NCBI GenBank assembly: GCA_033809515.1
Contig: JAPXLN010000007.1
Coordinates: 9,348-73,347, forward strand
Source: Bacillota bacterium
GTDB taxonomy: Bacteria > Bacillota > Sulfobacillia > Fermentithermobacillales > Fermentithermobacillaceae
Direction of reading: 5' to 3'
Length of the DNA: 64,000 nt
This document shows positions 30,854 to 40,148 of this stretch, piece after piece. The notes below the pieces were generated by a model. That model did no database searches, had not been told where the DNA came from, and saw only the letters and a program-made list of their open reading frames with translations. Position numbers and translations under genes: made by a program. Position 1 is the first letter of the stretch; the number at the start of each line of letters is the position of its first letter.

Positions 30854-32866
30854 ATGAGGTCCAGCGACATATTTCGACTTAACGTGAAGGAACTTATGGC
30901 CAGTCAAGGTCTCAAAGTCAAGGACCTGGCTGATATGGTAGGCCTGAGTGCCTCATATTTGTCCTTGATTCTGTCAGGGGACCGGGGCAATCTAAGTGAC
31001 CTTCATAAGGATGCCGTGGCCCTTGCCCTGGGCACCACCGTATCGAGACTATATGCGCCTCCGGATGATGCGTTGTTTGGCACGGCGGAGAGACCTGCTG
31101 ACTATGGAAGACCTGCCCGGTTTGAAGAGAAGTCTCCGGGAGACGCCCTGTCTGAGACGGCCAGGTTCGATGGGAGAACGGTTGCCGCGACTCCCCTGCA
31201 AGGACGACCCAGAGATATCCGGGCCTTGGAGGATTTCCTCAACGTCCTGAACATCAGAGATCCTTACCTGCTCAAGGCGATTTACCGGGAACTCAATTAT
31301 CTGTCGGACAGGGAGGTGGCAAAGCTAGGGCAGGTACTTCTCAATGCCCTGGTCTCTTGGCAAGAGCAAGCAGGTGAAAGACAGCTCAAAGACGAGGGAA
31401 GAGGGGAAGGACCTCCGCCGAAGCTTCTGCCCCCGGAACCGGATCACCGCATAGTCCTCGGCCTTGTAGCTTTTCTTGTTCCCATACTGGGTCAGGTCTC
31501 GCCGGAGCTCTTGGAGGCTGCAACTTCCTGGTCACGTTCTCACGTCTATCAGGTTCTCGGAGGTTTGTTTTCTCTGGGACTTTTGCAGCCGGTGGAAACA
31601 TCAGCAGGCATGCTGCTTGATTTGCCGGACCGGAGCCGAACTCAAATGCTTAGAAACCTTATCTCAGGAGACCTGAGGAAAAACGCCGGCTTAGCTGTGG
31701 CGCGATCTTTGGCGCGAGCTTTCGAGGGCGGTACCCCCGGCCCCACCGAAGGACAGATCGGGGAGCTGTACCTTGAAGGCGGGGACCTCAATGCGGCAAG
31801 GCAGTGGTTAGGACGGGCGGCTGAATCGGCGTTTTCTGACCGTGCGTGGCATTTGACCAGGGGTTACCTGAGGCTTGTATTGTCTCTGGATACGGTTCTG
31901 AAAAGCGCTCCTGACAAGCGAACCATGGCGAACCAGATGATGGTCACAACCTGTCTGAACCTGGGGGATCTCGATCTTGCCCTGGCCTATCAGAAAGCAA
32001 ATATCGTATATTGGGAGAACGCTGATAATCGCGCTGACCTTGTTAGAGGATTGTCCATGCTAAGTCTGATTCTGGCCAGGAAGGGTCAGTGGGCCGCGGC
32101 TCTTGAGGAACTTGAGCGCGCCTTGAAGTTATCACAGGCAGGTTCCTCGCAAGAGGCGCGTCTAATGCTCAGTATTGCCGGCATCCACCTGCAAACCGGA
32201 TGGCTTCAACATGCCAAAGAAGAGTTTGACAGGGTGTTGGATTTTTCGGCCAGCTCCCAGGACTCGGGTATGATGGCGCAGGCATTGCTGGGTCTGGGGA
32301 GGGTTTATCTGGCCAGAGGTGATGCAGCCAGAGCTCGGACGTTCTTTAACAGAGGTCTGGCGTTGACGGAAAAAAGAGAGCTCGTGATAGAGGCCCAGAC
32401 CAGGCTTGAACTGGGCAAAGTACACTTTCTGAACGGACAGCACGGCCAATCGCGGTTTGAGCTGGAGAAGGCCCGCGGAGTACTGGAGAAAATCGGCGAC
32501 TCAGCGCTGGAGCACATGGTCAACGTTTGGCTTGCTAGGTGCCTGGCACGGTCAGACGTAAGAGCTGAGTGTGAAAAAGCACGATATTTGGCTGAAACTG
32601 CTTACGCCTATTTTGAGACGGTCCTTGACAAAGAAGGGACGGTGTTCTCCCTTCTGGCTCGTGCTGAGGTTGAGTCTGCGTTAGGGTCACACAGTGAAAC
32701 TTTTGCCCTATTTGGCGATGCCGTCAGAGTGGCAAGGGAATCAGGCAACCCGGCCCTGGAAAGTCACGCTGCAGGAGCGTTTGCTCTGTGGCTCCAGCGA
32801 GAAGGGGATGAGCTAGCTCCTGTCATGTTTGAGAGAAGCCGCTGGATTCAGGCGAAACTCCATTAG
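30854..32866 (+). CDS. XRE-family HTH plus TPR-repeat transcriptional regulator
   Basis: N-terminal LKVKDLADMVGLSASYLSLILSG HTH; central wHTH-like segment; TPR-like helical repeats in the C-terminal half. Confidence 0.8.
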   Translation: MRSSDIFRLNVKELMASQGLKVKDLADMVGLSASYLSLILSGDRGNLSDLHKDAVALALGTTVSRLYAPPDDALFGTAERPADYGRPARFEEKSPGDALSETARFDGRTVAATPLQGRPRDIRALEDFLNVLNIRDPYLLKAIYRELNYLSDREVAKLGQVLLNALVSWQEQAGERQLKDEGRGEGPPPKLLPPEPDHRIVLGLVAFLVPILGQVSPELLEAATSWSRSHVYQVLGGLFSLGLLQPVETSAGMLLDLPDRSRTQMLRNLISGDLRKNAGLAVARSLARAFEGGTPGPTEGQIGELYLEGGDLNAARQWLGRAAESAFSDRAWHLTRGYLRLVLSLDTVLKSAPDKRTMANQMMVTTCLNLGDLDLALAYQKANIVYWENADNRADLVRGLSMLSLILARKGQWAAALEELERALKLSQAGSSQEARLMLSIAGIHLQTGWLQHAKEEFDRVLDFSASSQDSGMMAQALLGLGRVYLARGDAARARTFFNRGLALTEKRELVIEAQTRLELGKVHFLNGQHGQSRFELEKARGVLEKIGDSALEHMVNVWLARCLARSDVRAECEKARYLAETAYAYFETVLDKEGTVFSLLARAEVESALGSHSETFALFGDAVRVARESGNPALESHAAGAFALWLQREGDELAPVMFERSRWIQAKLH

Positions 32867-33158
32867 AAGCTGTGCAACACTCTTCTTGTTTCCGCAAGTT
32901 GTTAGACAATTTACCTCCGGTCGTCAAGGGCGGTACAGCCTTTACGCTGGGAACCCCTAAGGGACTTGCTGCATGCGAAAGCAAACTGAGAGATGCGATT
33001 TTGCAGGGGACCTTTCGACCGGGTCGTGACATTGCTGTCAGAAAGCAAAATCAGGCAAGGGAAAGGCTCGTTGGTCATATGGTGTTGATGGGAGCAAGGA
33101 AATGCAGGAGTTAGGGCATAGGACAAAGAAACTTGTGAACTTGAGGGGGTGACCTGGA

Positions 33159-34610
33159 GTGGACTTCATTCGTTTGGCCGTAAGAGAAATCAAAAGAAAC
33201 TCAACCAGGACACTGATGGCATCTATGTCTATGGCCCTTGCAGCTATGATTTTGGTGCTGTCCAGGGTCATTCCCCAGGGGCATCCTGCCGGAACACTCC
33301 AGCCCGAGAGGAGCTTTGTCGGAGGCGATATTCTGATTTTCACGGCCCAGGCGCCTCTGGATGTCGCCTCAAGCGATGGTCTCATCTGGCGATGGTGGAC
33401 CGGCAGCGACTGGCAATCTCACGCCCTTTACTTTTTTCCGCACCTAGAGAATTCAGGATACCTGACGCCGGAAGGCCATCCGGGATGGCGCGCTCTGCTC
33501 TCCGGTGAACTGGTTGAGAGGGTCAAGAGTCTCCCTAATGTGGAGGCCGTTGAAGTCTACCGGAGCTTTCCATGTATCGTGCATGTAGACGGCCAGGAGA
33601 TTCCTGCTTTTCTGAGGGGAAGAGTTCCGGGCGAAGAGGGATATCCGTTGGACGCAATTCTTGCCGGTGGACGTGCTCTTAACGCTCAGGATAAGGAAGG
33701 ATTCGAGGCGCTTGTTCCTGCCCAGGGTCCTCTGAAGACAACAATTGAGGCAGGCAACACGTTCAGACTGGAATGCCCTGCTCTCAGGGTACGACCTCTT
33801 GCAGACTCCTATGGTTCAACCGGGTATGATGTAGATGTTTTTTGGGACTTGCCTTCTTTTGTTCAGCTTACAGCAGTAGGAAGCTACCAGGTGCCCGTAG
33901 GTGAAGAAGACGTTGATGTGCAGTCCGGTTCAGAAGGTGGAGCTCACCGTGTGACCAGCACTGTGTTCTGGCAGCGTCCGGAGATAATTGTGGATGACGT
34001 CACCTTCGCAGATATCCTTGGCAGCTCTTTGGCAGCTGCCGATTCCGAGTTTACGGAGCTTCCGGCGTATCAGATTGCCGTAAAGGTAAGTCAGATGTCT
34101 TTGGTGAAGCGAACGGTGGCCCAGATAAGAGACGTCCTTGGAGCTGGTTTTGCAGTCTACTCCATGCCGGACCTTGTAGCCTTACGAGCCAGGAGCTCGG
34201 ATCTTGCGCTTGTTTCCAGGGATTTTCGGGACGTATTGGTGGTGCTAACCTTTGGACTTTCGGCCACCATCGTTTCGGGTACCGTCTATATTCTTCTCAC
34301 TCAGCAGAGAAGGAAGATTGGACTTCTGAGGGTAATCGGCGCAACCCGAAAAAACGTTCTATCATACGCACTGTGGATAGTTGGATATGTAGTGCTGACA
34401 GGTTCTGCCATAGGATTCGGGGCAGGTAAGCTAATGTCACTGCTGGCATTGATCAGTTCTGACGCCACGTTCTCGCAATGGCTTGCACAAGCTTTTCGCG
34501 ACTTCCTGGATACTTTCGGCCTGGCTGTATCTCTGGCAGCGTTGTTCGGAACCATCACAGGGGTGTGGGCGTCAAGGATTCCCTGCGCGGAGGTGTTGAA
34601 ACGTGAATGA
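33159..34610 (+). CDS. ABC transporter permease (FtsX/MacB-like)
   Basis: N-terminal TM, large extracytoplasmic domain, and QQRRKIGLLRVIGATRKNV followed by three TMs. Confidence 0.85.
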   Translation: MDFIRLAVREIKRNSTRTLMASMSMALAAMILVLSRVIPQGHPAGTLQPERSFVGGDILIFTAQAPLDVASSDGLIWRWWTGSDWQSHALYFFPHLENSGYLTPEGHPGWRALLSGELVERVKSLPNVEAVEVYRSFPCIVHVDGQEIPAFLRGRVPGEEGYPLDAILAGGRALNAQDKEGFEALVPAQGPLKTTIEAGNTFRLECPALRVRPLADSYGSTGYDVDVFWDLPSFVQLTAVGSYQVPVGEEDVDVQSGSEGGAHRVTSTVFWQRPEIIVDDVTFADILGSSLAAADSEFTELPAYQIAVKVSQMSLVKRTVAQIRDVLGAGFAVYSMPDLVALRARSSDLALVSRDFRDVLVVLTFGLSATIVSGTVYILLTQQRRKIGLLRVIGATRKNVLSYALWIVGYVVLTGSAIGFGAGKLMSLLALISSDATFSQWLAQAFRDFLDTFGLAVSLAALFGTITGVWASRIPCAEVLKRE

Positions 34611-35316
34611 CTGGACGGGACCTATTGTGAAATGCGCCGAGCTGACCAGGTTCTACCCGGTGGGTGAAGGGTTTTTCGCTCTAAAGAACGTTCATCTTGA
34701 GATAAGCCAGGGGGAGTTTGTAGTCATCATGGGCCCTTCTGGCTCAGGGAAAAGCACGCTGCTGAACATACTCGGAGGGATAGACCGGCCTACTCACGGT
34801 GAAGTCATTCTCCAGGGCCGAAAATACTCCCGGATGTCCGAAGACGATCTTGCCATGATGAGGCGTCGTGAGATCGGTATGGTATTTCAGTTTTTCAACC
34901 TACTGCCTGAGCTAAATGCACGGGAGAACGTAGGTCTTCCTATGAGACTTGCAGGCTATGGAGGCAGGGAGATAGAGGACCGTGTCTCCTACCTGTTGGA
35001 AGCTGTGAAACTTACTGACAGAGAAGGACACTTTCCGTCGGAGCTGTCAGGCGGGGAACAGCAAAGGGTGGCAATAGCAAGAGCTCTTGCCTGCAGACCT
35101 GCGGTCATCCTTGCCGATGAGCCCACAGGCAACCTGGATACCGCTAACGGAAGAGAGATTATGGAGCTATTCTCAGCTTTTAACAAGGCGGAAGGTCAGA
35201 CTTTCGTAGTCGTTACCCATGAACCTGCTTTCAGGGAATACGCCGACACGGTGATTGGCCTGGTAGACGGCGAAGTCAAAGAGAGGGAATCAAGCTATGA
35301 AGGCAAGGGACGGTAA
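34603..35316 (+). CDS. ABC transporter ATP-binding protein (MacB/LolD type)
   Basis: [28 protein letters not shown] and VTHE. Confidence 0.95.
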   Translation: MNDWTGPIVKCAELTRFYPVGEGFFALKNVHLEISQGEFVVIMGPSGSGKSTLLNILGGIDRPTHGEVILQGRKYSRMSEDDLAMMRRREIGMVFQFFNLLPELNARENVGLPMRLAGYGGREIEDRVSYLLEAVKLTDREGHFPSELSGGEQQRVAIARALACRPAVILADEPTGNLDTANGREIMELFSAFNKAEGQTFVVVTHEPAFREYADTVIGLVDGEVKERESSYEGKGR

Positions 35317-36523
35317 CAGCAAAGGCAACCCGGGCCTCTTGAAGGTCTTCATAGGAATGGTTTTCCGCGGAATGCGGCAAAGACCCCTGGTAGCTCTATT
35401 CATCAGCCTCTCGGTTGCTCTTACGGTGGCGGTTTCAATCGTGGCTACTTCAGCGGTCAACATAGGAGCTCATAACCTGGGAAAAAGGGCTCTTGACCCG
35501 GGGTTCCCGTTCCATGGGTTGGTTGTTTTTTGGAATAGCCATGATCTTGACTCTTTCCAGGCAAAAAAAGACATTTGGAAGGAATCTGTGACCGTGTATG
35601 AGTTCCCCGTGGTCAAGGGCCAATCACAGTGCGGGGCATTGGTTATAGCCGGCATTGACGGCAGTTTGCCCGAAGGTGTTATCCGGCTGGAAGGGGAAGT
35701 TGCATGGCCTGGCCATGTCATTGAGGTTCGCCTGAAGGGGCCGGGAGCCAAACCCCTTATATGCACCTGGAAGGTGGCTGCCGTGGATTTAGGCCAGGGC
35801 AGGCCCGGCCATGAGATGCCTGCGGATGGGACCGGGGACATGGTCATTTCCCAAATAGGCATTCCCGGGTGGGGGGTAGTTAACCCGGAGAGTCTCAGGC
35901 ATTTTTGCGAGGATGGGACTGAACTTGCAGCAGGAGCCGGCATGGGAGTCTTGTTTGCGGGTGCAATCAGCCCTACGGAAGCAGGGACCGGGAAGCTTTT
36001 GAGGGATATCGAGTATCTGAGATATGAGTTTCCCGGTTGTACTGTGATTACAGGAGACAGCGGCAGGAGGATGCTGGAGAAAGCCGCCAGAACAGCTCTT
36101 GCGCCATGGCAGGTTTGTTCGTTTCTGGTTCTTCTGGCAGCGTCTGTAGGCGTGTCGTGTGTTCTTACGGCTTCTTTTTTGGGGAGAAAGAGGGCTCTCG
36201 GTATCTTGAAAGTCCTCGGTGCCACGCACCGGGATTACACGCACTTGATGCTGGTTGAAGGCATGTGTTTGGGCGGTCCCGGTATTCTGTTGGGTTTTCC
36301 TCTTGGTTTTTGGGCCTCTCACCTGGGATTTGGCAGAGTCATGGCAGGTACCGGGGGGCTTTTGGTTGCTGCTGTGGTCGGCCTTCTGACTGTGTTGTTA
36401 GGTGTGTACCTTCCGCTGAGACTTGTGCGTAACGCTACATGCGACCAGCTTTTGAACAATAAGCCTGTCTACGCCATGTCCAATCCATCATGCGCTCAGT
36501 GCGGTCTTTGCGGCGGATTCTAA
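35297..36523 (+). CDS. ABC transporter permease (FtsX-like) with a Cys-rich C-terminal tail
   Basis: RKRALGILKVLGATHRD motif, TM helices, and tail CDQLL...SCAQCGLCGGF. Confidence 0.8.
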   Translation: MKARDGNSKGNPGLLKVFIGMVFRGMRQRPLVALFISLSVALTVAVSIVATSAVNIGAHNLGKRALDPGFPFHGLVVFWNSHDLDSFQAKKDIWKESVTVYEFPVVKGQSQCGALVIAGIDGSLPEGVIRLEGEVAWPGHVIEVRLKGPGAKPLICTWKVAAVDLGQGRPGHEMPADGTGDMVISQIGIPGWGVVNPESLRHFCEDGTELAAGAGMGVLFAGAISPTEAGTGKLLRDIEYLRYEFPGCTVITGDSGRRMLEKAARTALAPWQVCSFLVLLAASVGVSCVLTASFLGRKRALGILKVLGATHRDYTHLMLVEGMCLGGPGILLGFPLGFWASHLGFGRVMAGTGGLLVAAVVGLLTVLLGVYLPLRLVRNATCDQLLNNKPVYAMSNPSCAQCGLCGGF

Positions 36524-36536
36524 AGGAGGGAGTGCC

Positions 36537-38339
36537 TTGATAAAGCGCATTCTTGCTGCTGATGTGGGCAGCACCACAACGAAGACGGTTTTGTTTCAAC
36601 ACGATGGCAGGCAATGGGTCTTTACGGCCAAGACGACGGCGCCGACTACGGTGGAGGCCCCTGACCTGGATGTCATGATCGGTCTGCGTAAGGCGCTGTC
36701 GAGGCTTGAGGACAGGTCTGGGGTTAAGCTCTTGGACGGTGCCAGGCTTGTGACACCCGCCCGGGAGGATGAGGGAGTCGACGTGTTTGTGGCTACGTCC
36801 AGCGCAGGCGGGGGCCTTCAGATGCTTGTGACCGGCCTCATGAAGAACATCACAGCTGAATCGGCACACCGGGCTGCTTTGGGCGCCGGAGCTATCGTAG
36901 GCGATGTGATAGCCTTGGACGATTCGCGTACGGTCATCGAACGGCTTGAAGCTATTCGGAAGTTCCGCCCTGACATGATCCTGGTTACAGGCGGCACAGA
37001 CGGCGGAAACATCTCAGAGGTGGCCGAGATCGCTGAGTATGTTTCCATGGCAAATCCTGAACCGAGATTCGGGAAGGATTTTAAGCTTCCGGTTATCTTC
37101 GCAGGAAACGTAGAGGCAAGAGACCTGATCAATGAAGCGTTTCACGACATAATTGACCTTACCTTTGCCGACAATATCAGGCCAGTGCTGGAACGGGAGG
37201 TTCTTGATCCTGCCAGGGGAGAGATTCACAGGTTGTTCCTGGAGCATGTGATGATGCACGCTCCTGGCTATACGACACTGAAGTCCTGGACGGAAGGAAA
37301 GATAAAACCTACCCCCATAGCGGTTGGGGATTTGCTGTCATGCCTGGCCGAGGACCGTTCCCACAACGTTCTTGGCGTTGACGTTGGCGGCGCAACCACA
37401 GACGTATTCTCGGTAATAGAAGGGACGTTCTACCGCACTGTTTCTGCCAACCTTGGCATGTCATACAGCATGGCAAATGTTATGGGCGAAGCCCGGCCCG
37501 AAGCGGTGCTGCGTTGGGTGCCGTGGGATGTCAGCGAGGACGCCATAAGAAACTGGAATTTCAACAAGATGATACGGCCTACAACTCTCCCTCAGACTAT
37601 TGAAGAGCTAGTACTGGAGCAGGCGGTTGCCCGCGAAGCCCTTAGGCTTTCACTTGACCATCACCGTTCTCTGGTAAGGGGCCTCAAAGGGATAAGGCCC
37701 AAGAGAGAGTATTTTGATATCTTTGACCAAAAAGGAACAGGGGAGACTCTGGTCAATTTGCTGGATACAGGCACCATTGTAGGTTCAGGAGGAGCACTCT
37801 CCTACGCCCCAAGGAAGAACCAGGCAGCTATGATTCTTATGGACGCATTTTTGCCCGAAGGCGTTACGGATCTATACGTTGATAACCAGTTTATGCTTCC
37901 CCACCTTGGAGCTTTGCTCGAGTTCCACCGGGATGCAGCGTGGGAGCTTATGACGAGCCAAGCTCTTCTTCCGCTGGGCACTTGTATTGCCCCTGTGGGC
38001 GGGCTTCCTTCCAAAGGAACGCCACTAGCCCGGGTTCATGTAGGGGATGACGTTTACCAGGTAATAGCAGGCGACATCCATGTTATTCAGGTGAAAGGCG
38101 AAAATACAGAAATCACTGTAGTGCCCAGGAAAGATATGGATGTGGGCATGGGCCGCGGGGAGCCGGTTGAGTTCTTGGCCAGGTGCGCTCACGCAGGTCT
38201 GTTTCTTGACGGAAGAGGACGTCCATTGAGACTGCCCAGGGATAGCGCGGGCCACAGGGCAGCTCTTCGGGAATGGTACCGCGCTATGAGTTTGTATCCT
38301 GAGGAAGTGCTCAGTCTGGGTCAATGGGAAGGAAGGTGA
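36537..38339 (+). CDS. Glutamate mutase L (GlmL/MutL)-family ASKHA ATPase, intact paralog
   Basis: DVGSTTTK, TSSAGGGL, GGTDGG, DVGGATTDVFS, RTVSANLGMSYS and GSGGALS motifs. Confidence 0.88.
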   Translation: MIKRILAADVGSTTTKTVLFQHDGRQWVFTAKTTAPTTVEAPDLDVMIGLRKALSRLEDRSGVKLLDGARLVTPAREDEGVDVFVATSSAGGGLQMLVTGLMKNITAESAHRAALGAGAIVGDVIALDDSRTVIERLEAIRKFRPDMILVTGGTDGGNISEVAEIAEYVSMANPEPRFGKDFKLPVIFAGNVEARDLINEAFHDIIDLTFADNIRPVLEREVLDPARGEIHRLFLEHVMMHAPGYTTLKSWTEGKIKPTPIAVGDLLSCLAEDRSHNVLGVDVGGATTDVFSVIEGTFYRTVSANLGMSYSMANVMGEARPEAVLRWVPWDVSEDAIRNWNFNKMIRPTTLPQTIEELVLEQAVAREALRLSLDHHRSLVRGLKGIRPKREYFDIFDQKGTGETLVNLLDTGTIVGSGGALSYAPRKNQAAMILMDAFLPEGVTDLYVDNQFMLPHLGALLEFHRDAAWELMTSQALLPLGTCIAPVGGLPSKGTPLARVHVGDDVYQVIAGDIHVIQVKGENTEITVVPRKDMDVGMGRGEPVEFLARCAHAGLFLDGRGRPLRLPRDSAGHRAALREWYRAMSLYPEEVLSLGQWEGR

Positions 38340-38346
38340 ACTTGAG

Positions 38347-39723
38347 ATGGCCATTTCATCCGGACTAAAGATAGTTGAGTCAACTCGTCTCAGAAGGGTT
38401 TGCCGGCTGGTTGTGCCAGGAGAGGTTCTTGTGGCAAAAGGGGACTTGGTTGAACCTGATACGGTAGTCGCCAGGGCAGAGTTCATGCAGGGCACCCCCT
38501 ATGTGGTGGACCTTAACGCAGAGCTGAAGCAAGTTGTCACTCCCGAGTTTGTTGACTCTGTATTGTTAAAGAAGGTCGGAGACAAAGTCGAGGCCAAAGA
38601 GGTGATTGCCAAGCACCAGAAGCGTTTTTGGTCAGAGATCACTGAGGCCAGGTCGCCTTGTACAGGAACTATAGAGTATATCTCAAGGATTCAGGGACGG
38701 GTGATCATCAGGGAAGATCCCAGATCTGCCAAGCCCATGTCTATTGTGGCTGCAGCGAGCAAGCTTGGGGTTTGGCCTCGTCTCTTGCGAATGTACACTG
38801 AAGTCAAAGAAGGCGACCAGGTGTTCGAAGGTCAAGTCATCGCTGCTGCGCCCGGTGTGGGCACAGTAGACTATGTCTATGCTCCTATGGCAGGAGTGGT
38901 AGAACGCATCTGCACCCAGACAGGAACAGTGACTATCGTCAGGCCCATAAAGCCTACGCAGGTTGTAGCTCACATTCATGGGCGTGTAGAGGAGATCATT
39001 CCGGATGCAGGGTGCATAGTCGGAGCTACAGGCTCGTATATGGAAGGCGTGTTCGGCATAGGCGGAGAAAGACACGGCGTCCTGGTAACATCCTCAGACG
39101 GCCCGGGCAGCATTTTAGACGAAGCCGGGGTTCCCGAGAACACAGAGGGAAAGATCCTGGTTGCCGGCTCTCTTGTTTCACTGGGTGCCATTCAGAAGGC
39201 ACGGCAGCGAGGTGCCACAGGCATAGTCACCGGAGGGGTCAACAATCTCGATCTGGTTCAGATCTTGGGCAAGGAAATCTCTGTAGGCATGACCGGACTG
39301 GAGGACGGCGTAGATTTCACTGTTGTGGTTATGGAAGGCTTTGGGGAGATGCCCATGAACGAGAGGGCATGGAGCATACTAGCTTGTGCTGCCGGGCGCC
39401 TGGCCTTTGTAGATGGCACGACCCAGATTCGCGCAGGGGTCATCCGACCGGAGATAATGATAAGTGAGGGCGCAGAGCTTCTGACTGAGGCAGAGCTTCC
39501 TGCTACCGGCGAGGAACGTCTCTTCACTTCCGTGTCTTTGCAAGTTGGCCAAAGGGTCAGGTGTGTCAGAGCTCCTTACTTTGGTCAATGGGGTGTTGTA
39601 CATGAGATTCCCCCTGAGCTTCAGGCAGTGGAAAATGAGGGCCTGATGGAAGTGGCCAGGGTGCATCTTGACGATGGTCGTCTTGTGACGGTTGCAGAAG
39701 CTAATCTTGAGGTGTTTGAGTAG
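38347..39723 (+). CDS. Uncharacterised GlmL-partner protein with two barrel-sandwich-hybrid-like repeats, paralog 2
   Basis: KKVGDKVEAKEVIA...SPCTGTIEYI and VKEGDQVFEGQVIA...APMAGVVERI repeats; MEGFGEMPM; C-terminal KOW/SH3-like region. Confidence 0.7.
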   Translation: MAISSGLKIVESTRLRRVCRLVVPGEVLVAKGDLVEPDTVVARAEFMQGTPYVVDLNAELKQVVTPEFVDSVLLKKVGDKVEAKEVIAKHQKRFWSEITEARSPCTGTIEYISRIQGRVIIREDPRSAKPMSIVAAASKLGVWPRLLRMYTEVKEGDQVFEGQVIAAAPGVGTVDYVYAPMAGVVERICTQTGTVTIVRPIKPTQVVAHIHGRVEEIIPDAGCIVGATGSYMEGVFGIGGERHGVLVTSSDGPGSILDEAGVPENTEGKILVAGSLVSLGAIQKARQRGATGIVTGGVNNLDLVQILGKEISVGMTGLEDGVDFTVVVMEGFGEMPMNERAWSILACAAGRLAFVDGTTQIRAGVIRPEIMISEGAELLTEAELPATGEERLFTSVSLQVGQRVRCVRAPYFGQWGVVHEIPPELQAVENEGLMEVARVHLDDGRLVTVAEANLEVFE

Positions 39724-39779
39724 TGGGCTGAGTGCTCTGGAAAAGGGCGGACGGGCCCCGGTTTGCGGGGGAGAATGCT

Positions 39780-40040
39780 ATGCGCAGGTGGAGGAAACCT
39801 CCCATTTGGGAAACTGAAGAATGGGAAAAGATGACCTGGGAAGAGAAGATGGATCTTTGGAAGCGGCACCGGAAGCACAATCTCGTCCTTGGATTCATAT
39901 TCATCACGGTTTTCATGGGAAGTCTTTCCTGGTTTCTTTTCAAAGACTCTTTGAGTCAATCAAGGGCACGATTCCTGATTCCCATAATCATGATAGTCCT
40001 GGGGACTTGTCTGTATCTTGGTCAGAACCTGATGGACTAA
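39780..40040 (+). CDS. Small two-TM membrane protein
   Basis: Trp-rich charged N-terminus and two hydrophobic segments; G-rich SD; last gene before the hairpin at 40086. Confidence 0.6.
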   Translation: MRRWRKPPIWETEEWEKMTWEEKMDLWKRHRKHNLVLGFIFITVFMGSLSWFLFKDSLSQSRARFLIPIIMIVLGTCLYLGQNLMD

Positions 40041-40085
40041 CCCTGTGGTTGATTACGATTAGGCAATCCTGCCCGGATTCACATA

Positions 40086-40125
40086 GCAAAGAGGCGGTAG
40101 AGCTATACTCCTGCCGCCTCCTTGC
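40086..40125. terminator. Hairpin between convergent genes, likely a bidirectional terminator
   Basis: GCAAAGAGGCGGTAG / CTGCCGCCTCCTTGC inverted repeat. Confidence 0.7.
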
Positions 40126-40148
40126 ATTGCCGACCGGTGTATCTTGTG

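Noticed and set aside
32955-33062. TPP-riboswitch-like CTGAGA...AGGGAA elements
   Set aside because: The P2 helix cannot close (GGGAC has no partner after CTGAGA) and the P4/P5 consensus is not met.
32872-33114. 80-aa ORF as a real gene or RRNPP signalling-peptide precursor
   Set aside because: No SD, no hydrophobic signal region and no recognisable motif.
27845-38339. Annotating the locus as a glutamate mutase (methylaspartate pathway) operon
   Set aside because: No GlmS/GlmE subunit, DxHxxG motif or methylaspartate ammonia-lyase in the window.
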